64,000 bases of DNA from Paraspadella gotoi (Eukaryota; Animalia; Chaetognatha), in NCBI GenBank assembly GCA_051294375.1, contig CM119265.1, forward strand, positions 5,324,355 through 5,388,354, written 5' to 3'. The position numbers were made by a program, and so were the translations under genes. Below are positions 1-14,753 of the stretch, piece after piece (position 1 is the first letter of the stretch; each line of letters opens with the position of its first letter). Below the pieces are notes generated by a model. It did not search any database. It was not told where the DNA came from and was given only the letters and a program-made list of their open reading frames with translations.

Positions 1-2320
1 TCATTTTGTTTCCTACTTTCACGGCCATTCAACAATGACGACGACTAATCTAAGCGTCACCCTTTGAGCAATGAGCATCTCCCTTTTTCCCTTCCGAGCC
101 ACGCTAATTTCCTCACCAACGAACTATTTACCCTAGAAAAGCGTCGGTACCGCCCCTTCCACCGGCTCAGAGCCCTACTTTAAGCCCAGGCGAAACAAGT
201 GGGTCACGATAATCTTGGATCGCTCGTAAAGAGGGCGTCGCGGTTGTCCACGTTCCCCCCCCCCTTAGTTTCCCTCGCGCTGGAATCCGTCGCGCCTCGT
301 TTCCCAGTTTTCCCAGATTAATTCGCTTAGGCGGAATTTAATTTCCTGGGTTTATTTTTCAACGAGTTAATCGGGCTCCTTGTTCACGTCTCACGAAGTT
401 AAGGTGAACGATCGAACGTGCGGAAAAAAAAAAAAATTTCTTGGTCGGTTGAGGAGAATAAAAAACCCAGAAAAATGGGGTTAGTTTTTTGGAATGTATC
501 ATGACCTAACATTACGGGGTGATATTCTCGAAATTTTATGCTGCTCAGTACATTTATATTCGATTGATAACCCTCTCTTTTTATATTCTCAACTGTATCA
601 TTTCCCTCTCAACATTTACGTCATTTCTTTTTATTCTGACTATTTTTTTTTATTTTGCGCTTGTCTCTACATTTCTCCCTCTTGGATTTTTATTCCGCTC
701 ATTTCATATTTTTTTTCCGCTTCATTGTCCAAAAAAATCATATATTCCACATGAACTGAATTCAATGAAATTAATTGAGCATGTAAATGAAACGTAGATA
801 TTTAAATCCTTGACTCAATGCAGGTTTTCGGTCCCAACATTAAAGCCATTTCAGGGTAAATCGTCGCTGAAAATCCGGAACTAAAAAAGAAATAACTAAT
901 ATCCGTGTTGGGCAATATTTAATATCGAAAATGTCGATAAAAATCAACAACGAAACAGATTGCCAATTCCGATGCTTCAATAACGGATTGTTTTGTTTGT
1001 TTTTTGTTTGTTTTTTTCGCAAATCCAGATTTCAGTCGTCAGAATCAAACGCGACCGAATGTGGCGAAAAGCGGATGAATCGGGAAAATCCCGGATGTAA
1101 TTAGAAGTCCTTTAATTCACTTTTTGTTTTTAAATTGAAGCTTTTATTTTTAGAATAAAAAAAGTGGTTCCGCGTCTCTAAATTGAATAGGATGGTTGAA
1201 ACGAGGGGGGGGGACTGGATGCTTGATTAAATATCGGGAATGTATGTGAGAAAAAATAGGAAATAGATGTAAGGGAGGAAAGATGACAATGGGGAAAGAT
1301 GACAATGTCATCCACAATGCGTAGATGACAATGATACTTCGAATTCGAGAGTCTAATCTGTTTGCAAAGTAAAAGAGAGATAATTGAGATTATTTAAAAT
1401 CGGACATGTTTCGGTTCAGCGCAAAAAGTTTTGACATTTGTAAAACAATACAGAGAGTCTAATCAAAATTATTCCTGTCAGTCAGAGTTAAGCATTTTCG
1501 TTACTAGATCGGGTTGTGAGACGCGAAAGTCTGCCACTAGTTATTTGCTTGGCGACATCTCTCAACCTGAACCGAGATTAGATCTAGAATTTGAACTCTC
1601 ATACTCACAATTGCATAACTCCTTTTGGTTTTAAACCTTCTTTTAAAATCATTTCCTAATCGGTAGAGTTATATTATAAGATGCTCATCAGCTTTGAACG
1701 TCACGTCTCAAACGTGATTCGTTGGATGACGTTTTATACATAGCAGACGACAAAGAATTTCTAGGGTAAGAAAGAGAAACGAACCGTGAAAACGAGGACG
1801 AATATATGAACGACAAGTCTGATGGAAAGGGGGAAAGGAGCGGAAGGATCGGATGGGGTTTGCAGACAGGGTGGCCCATGGGGCGCCGGGGCGAGTATAG
1901 TCGATGGGAAATGGAGCGAAGACGAACGCGATCAGAATCGGGAAGAAACTTTCTTTTTCTCACGAATTTCGCTCACGACTTTTGTCTTCTCACGGTGATT
2001 CACGATTCTGTGAAAAATTCGTTTCTAGTCTTTTATCGAGCTGCTATTCACATTTTCTGTAAAAAAAAAAAAAAAATCAGTTTTAACTGTCAGGATAATT
2101 TGGAGATTCAATAGGAGATTATGGAAGATAAAGTTTTTATATTTGTATTCTCAATTTAAATATATTTGGTAATCTTTGGATGTTTGAATTGGAATTAAAT
2201 AATACAAAATTGTCTTTATCTTTTCCAAAGAAAACGGACGTGCTAGGGACAAGATGCTAGTTATCTTCGCCACACCATCAGCGCTCAAAGGCATAATAAA
2301 AGATAGGAGGGAAGAGAGAG

Positions 2321-2375
<55 letters not shown>

Positions 2376-2951
2376 AGTGAAGAAGAAAGATGGTGAGGAC
2401 AGCTGCACAGAGTGAGGTCAATGGTGAAGAGACGAAGAAAAAGATAAAAAGAAATGGAAAAAATAAAAATCAGGAGAAAAACAGAATCGCGCAAACAAAA
2501 GATAAATAAAATAATCTTTTAAATCAGGTTAAATGCAAAACAGTATTGAACTGAAAAAAACCGAGTTGAAAATTAAAAGCAATTTATTGAATAACTGTAC
2601 ACTGGACAATGTACAATGTACACTCAGTAATTGTACGATACCTACAAGCTCAATCGAATCTCTCCACCCAAGACACTTTTCAATACACTTAGATAAATTT
2701 TAATTTCTATATTATATCCATTCTGTTCAAAGAATTGCTTGCATTCCAATTCCATCTATCCGTTTTTCTTGGTCGACGAAAGGGCAAAGGTCATTCGAAA
2801 GGCCCGATCGTCACCAAGTGGAATCAGAAGGGGGAACCCGGGAACCTGAGAAGATCGGGTCATTGAAGATGGATCAAAGCAATTATGTCGGGAGGACAAG
2901 GAAAGCCTCGGACTGGCTTGGCGAACCTAAAGAAACAATTTACTAGCGAGA

Positions 2952-3040
<89 letters not shown>

Positions 3041-3185
3041 AAATCGACGCCAAAAGTGGCGGCAGCTGGGGGAGAAGGAGACGTAAAACGCCCGTCGAAA
3101 AAAAAACCCTCTCTCGCCCGATGACGCCTCGCTGCGGTGGCGCGCGAAACGACGCGTGTAATGACGGTGCGATGTCGCGCTTTCT

Positions 3186-3271
<86 letters not shown>

Positions 3272-4175
3272 TGAGGGTGAACGAAGCGCGAGAGGGGGTG
3301 AACCAAAAAAAAAAAAAAAAAACCACGGCGAGGAATTGGTCGAGTCGATGAGGCGTGGTCTCGGCTTGCGATGCGATTTTGACTCTGCTAATCGTCGGGT
3401 GGAACGGTAATCTTGCGTCGTCGTGGTCTTATTGGTCGAGATCGAGGTTTGTCTTACGTAGTAGCGGAAAATCATACTAATGTTTTTTTTTCCCAAAAGT
3501 TATAAATAGAGATAAAGAAAGTGCTTGAACTTGAAGAAGGCGAGAAGAGAGAAAAATTAAATTTAAAAACAAAAATGGAAAAGAGAAACGAAATTTGAAA
3601 CAGAGGAGAGAAGTCGTTAAATAGCAACACAAAAAACGGAAAATGAAAATAAAAAAAAAAAAAAAAACAGTAGTCGAACCTAAAAATGCCGACACGTTTT
3701 TTTTCATTGGAAGAATTCTACGTATCTCTAGAGCTCTCTTTTTCTCACGCGTTCTTCAACTCTCACACTATCAAACTGTCGCCCTCTTACTCTCAGGCTC
3801 TTTAGCACTCTTTCACGCTTGCAGTCTCACAGTATCTCAATTCTCACAACCTCAACCGCTCACACTCTCCCTCTTTCAAGTTCCTCAACTCTCACACACT
3901 CGAATTTTCGCCCTGTTTGTCTCCAGCTCGTTCGCACTTTTACACTCTCATACATTCGCACTCAACACTGCCTCATACTCTCACTTTCATTCTCTCTCTC
4001 GCATCTTCCCTCGCGAGAACTAGTCGCTTTTCAAAAGGAAATTCCCTCGGAAAAATTGTTCCGTTTTTAGCAGGTGCTGATTTCTACCAGGTGCCCGTCC
4101 AGAGTCTCAGGTGCGAATCTGGCCAAACGTCTCAAGGAGTTGATTAATGGAACCAAAAAGCGATTCTCGACCCTT

Positions 4176-4232
<57 letters not shown>

Positions 4233-5590
4233 ATTAGGTATGTGCAACTTTGGACTAGAAAGAAGGTTTGTTGAGGACCGAGACGAACATAAGGGGCGGG
4301 GTTCTTTAACTCGCCTATGATACAATTTTTAGATAGCCATGGAGACTAAGATCCCAGATCAGCTCTTTGGAAATTGCGCCTGATCTAAATCTCTGCCCTT
4401 CGACGTTCAAAGCACATTTTGCATTTCAGGATTTTGAAGTCAACTATGAAGGCAGTGACAAATAGTAATTGTAATAAGCATGGAAAAACATTTAAAATTG
4501 CTGAGAAGTGTGTCCCTTTTATACGTAAAAGAACTAAAAAACGACTTTTACATCAAAATTAATGACGGAACACAAAAACCAATTTCTAAAATTGCCCAGT
4601 GTTTTGCAGTAAAATGGTGCTAGCGACGCGATGCATACGTATAAGATCGCTCCAAAGTTTGTCCGGGAGTAAAGAAACGTTGGAGCAATTAACTGGCTTT
4701 GTTTCGGTTCCCATTAAAGAAAAGTAATTATTCAGTGAACGGCCCCGCTGCTTTCAAGTCGAAACCCCAGTGAGTAAACGAAGTTAAACGAGGGGGGATA
4801 TAACCGCCTCTGAGCACCTCTCCCCATCCCAGTACCCGTGATTAAAACAGTTTTAAACAATATTATTATTAAATTCAATTCAATTTTTAATTATTGATTT
4901 TTTATTATTAATTTTTAATTAATAATTTTGATTTTATTTTTCACTTTTTTGAAAAGCTTTTGATTACCTCGTTAACTTGTTAATTCTAAACTTAAACGTG
5001 CTATGATTGAAACATTGCACAATGCACATAACACAGATGACGATGAAATTGTTTTTAAATCTAATTTTTTTTCCACGAAAGCGCGCTAACTTTTATTTTG
5101 CTGTTTTCGTTAGTTGTTAAGGTAATTTATATTCACCTCTCTCCCGTTCCTACTATTACGAAAATAGAAATTCTAGGAAAAATAGGATCGAATCGGTGAA
5201 ATCGTCTCCAACGCTATCGCCGTGTCCGTTTTAACCGGTAAGTTTTTATTTCTCATCCTCACCTAATGGGTGTCAACTTTTGCAGAAGGGGAAGAGAGAG
5301 CGAGATAGAAAGATAAAGACAGAGAAAGAGAAAGTGGGACACTGAGAAAACATACCAGTATAATTGCATAAACAGTTAAACATGAATATTAATTAAAACT
5401 GAACGAGAAAGGAAGAAAATATTTAAAAACTGCCGAGTAATGAATTTTCATCCATAAAGATTTAAAAAAACAGTTAAGAAAATCAAAAGCGGAAATTTCT
5501 GAGAAATTAAGATGAGAGAAGGAAATTCGTTTCAAAGGAAATTAAGAAACGTTCACCCATGGAATGAATAGAGGAGAAAAGAAGAATTTT

Positions 5591-5646
<56 letters not shown>

Positions 5647-6826
5647 AGAGAGGTACGCTGAAAAAATGGTCAATTCTTACATTCATTGTAGTTATTTCTT
5701 TCGTAATTCAGTCCATAAAAACGTCAAGAACCTTGTCACTCGAGAATTCAGTTGAGTCGCCAAATCCCAAAACCGATCAACGTCGAAACGGATCAAACTG
5801 ATTTCGTCCTTCCTCCCCCCCCCAAAAAAAAAACGAAAGTTCGTGGCCTTAAAACGACCGAGCGCATTAGCTTCAGCGACGCCCGGGAACAATTAATAGA
5901 ATTAATCTGTAGTGAATGGCTGTCGGCGCGACTCCTCTATTCCCGGGTGGGAAAATAATTAAAAGGTCGTAGGGAATTTAAGTTTAAAAAAGGTGACGTT
6001 CAAAATCATAGCGTCGTTGTTGTGTTCCGAAAAACGATTGTTTTAAAGATTCGAAATAGTCTTGAAAAGCAGATTGGCCACTTTTCACAAAGATATCAAC
6101 GTCCGAAATATCGTCGTTATTTCCTTTCGTCGTCGTTACTTTAATCTGGTTTTTCCCCCCCCCCAAAAAAAAACTGTCTTACAAATAATTTCGCATCTAA
6201 TTACGTACATATCAAAACCTCAACATGACACTGACGTTGAACTTAATGAAAGCCAGGAAATTTGAAGAAGGACCACTGTGAATTAGTGACATACATAAAC
6301 GACAGTAAAAAATAAACAAATATGCGTTCATACATACGCTTTCTACTCACGCGCTTGGGAAAGTTTTTTTTCTCCGGAAGACGAGAAGGTGATGAAAAAC
6401 AAGACGAAGGAGAAAAACAAGGGAGGGAGTAAAAGGAGGAAAATGAATCAAAACAAAGCATCAGCGACGACGACGACGACGACGACGACTCTGCTAGGAG
6501 TGGGTAAAACGATGCCCTTCCTCGTCATCTTGTGGCTTCGAGGCGAAAGAAAATAAACGCTCGCCGCAGAGAGGCGTTTTAATTCTAGTCAACTTTACTT
6601 AATTCATTATTAGTAGAAGGTCATTTTTTGGTGGCACCTTTTATTATTCTAAGATCAAACAATTAAAATAAGTCAAATATCTACTACGTAAGTCAGGAAT
6701 GATATCAGGTGCCACCATTTGTCACTGCTATCAGAATCATGGGCCGAGAAGCCATTGGCGAAGCCTAAAAGTAAAGTAGGAGAGCAGATCGATTTAGCCC
6801 GCGATAAACATTAAACAAACTCTAAA

Positions 6827-6868
<42 letters not shown>

Positions 6869-6995
6869 GCAACGTAATTGAGCAAACGGCGCGTGTTCAC
6901 CACGAATGCGCGCGATTATCACGTTGCCGTCGGCCGCCATCAACCTTGGGGTCGAAGATCGACAACGCAGGGAAAGAGAGAGAGAGAAGAGAGAG

Positions 6996-7052
<57 letters not shown>

Positions 7053-7158
7053 CCAATTTTTCGGTTTTCTGGATTGCATTCATTTTTTTTTCCAAGCCGA
7101 AGAAATATAGCTTCTTGCGGACCCAAGGAGCCCTCTCAAGTCTCAACGAAGAATGCCC

Positions 7159-7391
7159 CTATTCTATTCTATTCTATTCTATTCTATTCTATCCTATTCT
7201 AATCTGTACTATACTATTCTATTCTATTCTATTCTATTCTATTCTATTCTATTCTATTATGTTCTATACTATTCTATTCTATTCTATTCTATTCTATTCT
7301 ATTCTATTCTATTCTATTCTATTCTATATTATTCTATTCTATTCTATTCTATTCTATTCTATTCTATTCTGTTCCCTTCTATTCTATTCTA
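7159..7391 (+). repeat. (ATTCT)n pentanucleotide microsatellite, ~46 units with interruptions
   Basis: Direct reading. Confidence 0.97.
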
Positions 7392-8555
7392 GCGACTATA
7401 CCTCGACATCGCCAACCTCCATGCCCCAAAATGTTGGCGATGGTGAAGATCTTGGGAGAATTCGATGATTTTGAAAATCAAGGCATGGTGGGGAAAGGTA
7501 GCGACGCCAAAGTCATAAACGAAATCTTTATCATAATTTTGATATTCTATCTACAAAGAATTCATCAGTTAAAAAACATTTGAAAGTGTTTTGAGTACCA
7601 AAGTTATCTCGTTTATTAACAGTTTAAATACTGTACATAATTTTTTTTTTTGGCTGGCACGTTAAAATTTATTCAGTGAGAAATTAAGGGTTTTTTTGGT
7701 GCCATTCGCATTCATTGACTGAGCTAAGATTCCGGTTGTTTATGATTTCACGTCTATGATTTTCAAGGCAAAGATGAGAAAGTTAAGCCGATTCTTTGGA
7801 TTGTCGATTTGTGAATGTCGATGGGGTTGGGAAAATGGGATGAGGGCGAGAACTGTGCCGATGGAAGCTTTAAAGTGAAAGAGCGAGCGTGGAGAAGCAA
7901 GAGTCGAATTCTGGGTCAGGGACCGGTCGTTAACGAGGGCGAAGCGAATTTAACAGAAAATTCAATTTGTATTCACTACATGACACAGTGTAAGAAAACG
8001 ACAATACGTTTGTAGTATAATGATCTTCTAAATGGGAAAACCATCGCGGAGGGACGACGCTGGACGAAAATGGAACGGGTTCGCGAGAAACCTGGTTATT
8101 AACCAGTGGTTAATGGTTATCGGAGGACACGAGAAGTACATTAGCAAATAGTTTAGTGGGAATTATGTAGAAGTGATCGAAGGAGGAATAAGTTAAATGC
8201 GAACATGAAAAAGTATACTGTGATTGAGAACTCACTAGATAATAAATTTGGGTTTGCAATGAGGATAGAAAAGAAAAAGAGAGATAGTAGATAGTAGAAA
8301 AAAGGTAGTGTAGAGGGGAAATAGAAGAAAAGATGGCGCGATGGGTTTGGATGCAATGTAAAGACGGAACCGCCGGAACCCAGTCCGGAAAAGGTGCTTC
8401 GCGAGGCTAGAGAGAGGCTCGCGGGGTCGACGAGCCGACGAAGTTAATTGGAAGAAGTAAAACTGGATTCGTGGTAAATGATTGATGATTTCGCTCACCC
8501 CGCGCGGAGCAGATTGGAAGAATGGGAGGAAAAGGGCGAGGGAAAGGGGAGGAAA

Positions 8556-8631
<76 letters not shown>

Positions 8632-9439
8632 AGACAGAAAGACAGGAAGAAGAAGTCAGAAACCAGGAAGACTCGTAGAGCAACCTGCGAAATGGCGGTT
8701 CTGAAATAAATGGTTGAATGGTAATTAGTAATGGAAGGAAAGAGTAATGGGTAAAGGGCTAGAGAATAATAGAGAGAGTTGGAAAGAGGAAAGAAAGAAC
8801 TAGGAAAATAATCGGTTGCACTAATTTCGAATGATCGATATTCTCGACTTTTATTTTTTTTAAATTTTTATATTTTTTTTAAATTCTTTTTAATTTTTCC
8901 AATATAAAATGAATCAAAATTCAATCTCAGCCAATATTTTTTAATCAGCCAATATAGTTATTAGTGAATACAGCTATTACAGCTGATACAGGTTATTGCA
9001 CAATTCAGGTGATACAGTCAATACAACTGATACAGCTGCTACGGTCGAAAGAACTGATAAAGCCAAAGCAGCTGATACAGCCATTAAAGCTAGTGCAACC
9101 AATACATCTGATACAGCGGTTCTGAGATGATCGATAAAACCCATTTGAGACCGTTGCAAAACGAGAGAGGAAAAGAGATCCCGACTTTATAAAGATTTAC
9201 CGAGAGATTCAAATGTCCGTTAAGTTCAGTAAAGGACTTTCGCCGAGTCAAAGCCTTCGAGTTGTCATCAAAAGTTTATTAGAGGTGACTGAACCGACCA
9301 GCCTCTCCTCGGCATATCAATTGGTCGATAATCGAAAATGTCGTGATCGCCGAAGCCACTTTGGGCGGGAAGTGATCAAAACGCAATACCTGAATCAGCG
9401 ATGAATGGCGTTGGTTACAGAGAACTAAAGAAAGAAAAA

Positions 9440-9552
<113 letters not shown>

Positions 9553-9778
9553 GTTCCCGTCTTAATGGGGCGTCGAAAATCGATGAAATGGGCAGGGAAG
9601 AGAAATAGGGACGGTGGTCAAAGAAGCCAAGTCCTATATATCTCTTCTCATTCACTTTTCTCTTCTCCTTAATAACTAAAGACGCGGAGAATTCTCGCCG
9701 CGGGAGATAGCTCGTCCTTTGCCTGTAAATAACGAGAAGCATCGTTAAAACGGAAAAAAAAACACGTTAAAACCGATA

Positions 9779-10019
9779 ATACAATTGAAACATTCTTTGA
9801 AATATTTTCCACTTCATTGATAGGGAAGCCAGGTACTTTGGGAGTGAATAAACGAGACTGTGAGAGAGTCTTGATTGAAAGCTTGCAGGGACCTGCTATG
9901 TCATTATCTTGTAAGAGTGATGGAGGCCTTAAACCACCAAAGCCTGTCCAAAGTCAGGGGCAAGATAGCTTATTTATTGAATGAATGGATAATTTTTATA
10001 TTGGTTGTACCAATTTCAT
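9779..10019 (+). mobile_element. Dispersed repeat family A, copy 1 (5'-truncated)
   Basis: Near-identical to 24627-24866 and 31552-31792; ends ...ATATTGGTTGTACCAATTTCAT. Confidence 0.85.
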
Positions 10020-10357
10020 TGATTGGATGGTGATTTAGATCAAAGAGATCTGGAGAAAAATGTTACTTCATCTAGTGATATTCGTTATATTATTTATAAC
10101 ATTTTCCACTTTTGAGTCTGACTTTTTAGAAACAAATAATAAGCTTGTCAAAATATTTTCATTTCTCTTCTCTCAAGATGGCGAAGAAGAACAAGCGAGA
10201 TATCTCTCTCTTTTCTTTTTCGAATAAACACGTTTTTTTTCTTTCCTCTCACGAGACAAGAAACGATTGACGATAAAAGATTATTTGAAAAGAGAGGGGA
10301 AAAAAGAAATTCCAGTGTTTTCTTCTTATTTTCCTCCTATTTTCTTTCTTTTATTTA

Positions 10358-10444
<87 letters not shown>

Positions 10445-10913
10445 CTCTCTCTCTCTCTCTCTTTTTCTCTCGTGATGGTGCCAAGGTCACAATCGCTCAC
10501 ATTCTCTCTATTCAAATTCACATCCGGGGAATAATGCTCCCTCTCTCTTGGAGGTGAAACGTTAGCGACGACGGCGACGACAAAGACGACGACCAGACAT
10601 TCTAGACACTTCCGGTTTACAGCGTCAAAGACGCGGGGAGCGAATCGACAAAGTCTACGGACCCAAAAAATGCCTTTTCGCTTTAATTCGCTGAATATCT
10701 ACTCGATTTTTGAGATCTTTTCGCGTTTACTTAGTGGTAGCCAAAGCCGATGAAATTTAAATGCTAATGTATACAGCGTTAAAATAATCTATCATGATAT
10801 TATAATGGTATTAAAATATTTTTTGTCAAAAATGCTTTCTTCTGAGGGTATTATATTAAATTATTATATTATTATATTAAAATATTATATTACTCTATAG
10901 AGAAAAAATCATT

Positions 10914-11378
10914 TTTTGAAATCTTAAATTTTTTTGATGGTTTCTGATAGAGCATAATGAGTTAATCAAGAAATATAATTACAGCTTTTAAAATATTTTT
11001 ACATTTTTTCAATAAACATCTATAAAAAAAATTATAAAATCATCGAAAGATGATGATGATGACAATTTTTTTATAGTTTTTATTATTTTTGACACACTCA
11101 TAAAAATATTTAAAAAATAATTATACGAAAATAATTATACTTTGTGTAGACCATATTTTATGAGCTATCTGAATCTGGTCTTAAAATTTAAAAATTATAA
11201 AAAAATTTTTTGGCTTTTCCTATCTATAAATAAATATTAAAAAAATTAATTACTAGGGTATAGAGCCATATAAGAAATTTTTTGTCCTTTGAAAGTATTC
11301 TTAAAAATATATAAATATTCGTTTGAGCATGTACTCGCTCTAAATTTTTGACTCACCCCATTGAGTTGCGCTACCCCT
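10914..11378 (+). mobile_element. AT-rich dispersed repeat family C (MITE/non-autonomous DNA transposon-like), copy 1
   Basis: Colinear with 18761-19210 (TTCTGATAGAGCATAA, TTATGAGCTATCTGAATCTGGTCTTAAAA, TTTGACTCACCCCATTGAGT); similarity ends sharply at GCTACCCCT. Confidence 0.75.
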
Positions 11379-11913
11379 TTTAGTGGGTCATGTTTTTTAT
11401 ATCGATTTTTTTACGGTATATTTTTTATGTATTTTTTACATTTTTTTTTAATTTCTTGAACCGTTTAATCTTGCAAGAATCCAGCAATACTATAAAAACT
11501 TTAAGTTGAACAAAGACCCATGAGGTAAGTGATAGAATAGCGTGAGAATAGCATTAAAATAGCATTAAGTTATGATTCGTTGGTTAATTCAATGGTCTCT
11601 CAATACTTTGGCTCATTTCCTTAAACGACAAAGGACAAAGGAACAAAAGCCTAATCAGTACAAACGTTTAAAAAAGTATTGAAATTGAATTGTATTAAAT
11701 TAGAATTGAATTGAAATTTATTCACGCCGGTCTCTTTGCCTCGCCTGATTTTCCTCGCTTAATCCAAGAATTCCGGCGCATATACATACTAAACAAAATT
11801 CTTTTCACAAATAAATTTCTTTAGTTTCTTCAGCGTTTAAAATGCTTTGAATTCGATTGAACGTGACAGAAGACAAGATAGACGGCGTCGGTAGAGATAA
11901 AGAGGGAGAGAGA

Positions 11914-11970
<57 letters not shown>

Positions 11971-12860
11971 GAGAAGAAAAATGAGAATTCAGTTCCAATT
12001 TGTCAGTTTGGACTCCAGACGGGATGGACGGACTTACGGACACGACGTTAGGATCAACTTAACGAAGGTTAATGGAGGAAGAAAGGAGGAAGCGCGGGGG
12101 CAGTTGGACCTCTGGAATCTGGATTGTGAAATAAATGGGTCACCGGGACGTGATGGTGGCGCAAAACTGGTTGAGGACCACTTGGTGCAATGGTTGGGGA
12201 TGGTGGTCTTATCATGGTGGCCCTGTTACTTATTAGTGGATCGTCGAGAGGTAAAATAAGTGGAGGGACGAGTTGGTAAATAAATGAACTTAACAGCAAA
12301 ATATATTTAAATCTAAAATCAAAAAAAGTTTAAAAAATTCTTAAATATTAAACGATAGATTTTGACTTTTTCGAGATCCCCCCCCCACCCCAAAAAAAAA
12401 ATGAAAAGCGCCTAAAAAATATAAGGAAAAAAAGATAGACGCCTCCGACACGACGAAAGCCGAGAAGAAAAATTGAAGTGTCTTTTCACGAGGTTTCGAG
12501 GTTGATTTGATTTAAATTCGTCGCAGGGAGGCGCGGGTCCCCGTACATCGTGTGGTGGGGCGTGATCCTCACGATTGAAAGAAAAAAGACAACGACGACA
12601 ACAAAACCGCAACATACGATTTATAGACACATGTCGTAAGGATATAGTAGCTATTTATATAACAACTGACAAACCACGCGGCGACAGTCGCGACCCGCAT
12701 AATAAAACAGACCCCAAATAATTGCTGACTTTTGGTTTCTGCGCCGATGACGAATGGCATCCCGTCGGGAAAAACGCGATAATTCAAATTCCAGATTTGT
12801 GTCCACGACGGGAGGGCGTTTGAGGCCGACGGAAGAAGATGGCTTGAATCGAATGCGACA

Positions 12861-12893
<33 letters not shown>

Positions 12894-13312
12894 TTGAACA
12901 AAGAAAAACAAAATAACAATCTCAAGAATCAAAAACAAATAGCGTCTCAACAATTGTTGTCACGATAACGTTAATGATAATGATAGCAAGACGACGACAG
13001 TCCATCAGTGAAATATCACGATGAAAAAAACTAAAATTAAATTTCGATTTCGAAATTTTTTTTCTTTCAGATGTACATTTTTAACGCGTCTTCGAATGAC
13101 AGCTATTTTCTAACGGCGCTTATAAAATTGTCACCATGTATTGTATATATTATTATTATTATTATTATTATTATATTTGTTTTGCCAAGAATGTCGTTAC
13201 ATTTTTTTCTATCTCTCTTTGTCGCCGTTGGTTAAACAAAACCAAAGAATACGTAGAGAAACTGCGTTGCCATCTGTGAAAAAATGTTTCCACGTTTCCA
13301 CTTTTCTCCGTT

Positions 13313-13515
13313 CCCTTACCTTATTTTTTGCTTCAATCTTTTCCTTTCAAGATCCGATGGCTATTTTCCTTTTCCTTTTCCCTTACCTTATTTCTTGCTT
13401 CAATCTTTTCCTTTCAAGATCCGATGGCTATTTTCCTTTTCCTTTTCCTTTTCCCTTACCTTATTTTTTGCTCCAATCTTTTCCTTTCAAGAACCGATGG
13501 CTATTTTCCTTTTCT
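13313..13515 (+). repeat. Minisatellite, ~67-73-bp unit x3
   Basis: CCCTTACCTTATTT...TTCAAGATCCGATGGCTATTTTCCTTTT repeated three times. Confidence 0.9.
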
Positions 13516-14228
13516 TCTTCTCCCGCCTTTCCTTTTTCTACCCTCCTTTCCCTTCAGGCAAAAAAGCTTCTCTACTTTCTCCTTCCCTCTTCGCTCTTAG
13601 TGAAGGCGACATGGGAAGCGTTTAAGCGGAAGAATATGTCTCTGACAAAACAAAAGAGAGAAACCAAAGGGAAACATCTGCCTCGAAATCTCGAGAAACT
13701 TTTTTTTTTTTATTCTTTTTTTTTTTTAGTTCATTTCTTTCCGTTTTGCCGTCTGAGCGAGTTTTACCCAAAGGCAAACATTTGGGATCCATCCATGTAC
13801 ATTCTTTTATTTTCTTTTTAACTGAGCATCATCTCGAATCAAAGCTTTGACGTCAAAGTTTGTCATCCGAGTCTAGATCTTTTCACTTCTGATACATTTG
13901 TATTTATTTTGATCCCAAATTTTGATTAACAAACACACTAAAGGACCAAATTTGAACCAAAGGCAAAGAAAAAAAGAAAATAGAGGAAAAGAAAAATGGA
14001 AACAATGATGAGGGGAGGAAAAAAAAGGAATGGCGACGCCGGGGCTGAATCCGCTCGGGGTCAACGAAAAAGGAATAAGGAAAAAAAAAAGGAAAAAGAA
14101 AAAAAAAAACGGAATAAAAATAATGGATTCGCAAATAAACGATATCTGAAGAGTCGGAAAGACTGAATAGGTTTGGGAGGAAAGACGAGGAAAGTTGAGA
14201 TTGAGAGATTGAGAGAGAGAAAGAGAAG

Positions 14229-14274
<46 letters not shown>

Positions 14275-14753
14275 GTTATAAACGTCATCATAGTTACTTC
14301 TTTTCATTTCTATTTCTGTTCTTGTGAAACTATAATACTACTACTAGAATCGTGTCTTTGAAATAGTCATATTAAACGTCCTTCGTTATAAAAGATGTTT
14401 ACAAATTGTCATTGTTATTTCCATCTTTCTGACTACAAAAAATTCGTCTCCGATTCAACCCAATGTTCCGGTATTGCACCAGTATGTTTCAAATTTTTAT
14501 AAAAGACCTTTTTACCGACTTTACGTTTCCATCCTTTTTTTTTTTTTGCGTCATCTCCCAAGACACTATAACATAAAAACCATAATAAAACGATAACACA
14601 ATCGATGACACAAAATTAAAAACTTTCAAAAACAAAGGAGTTTTCCCCTAATGTATCATTGTGGTGTGAACAAGAAGAAGAATTCTTACTTTTCAACCAC
14701 CAATCTAGCTTTTAAATACTAGAAAAAAAAAAAAAAAAAACCCACGGGAATGA

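Noticed and set aside
7393-7497. Possible exon after the ATTCT tract (AG...GT bounded, one open frame) and a similar Pro-rich segment at 12069-12225 (minus)
   Set aside because: No partner exons or recognisable homology; too short to support.
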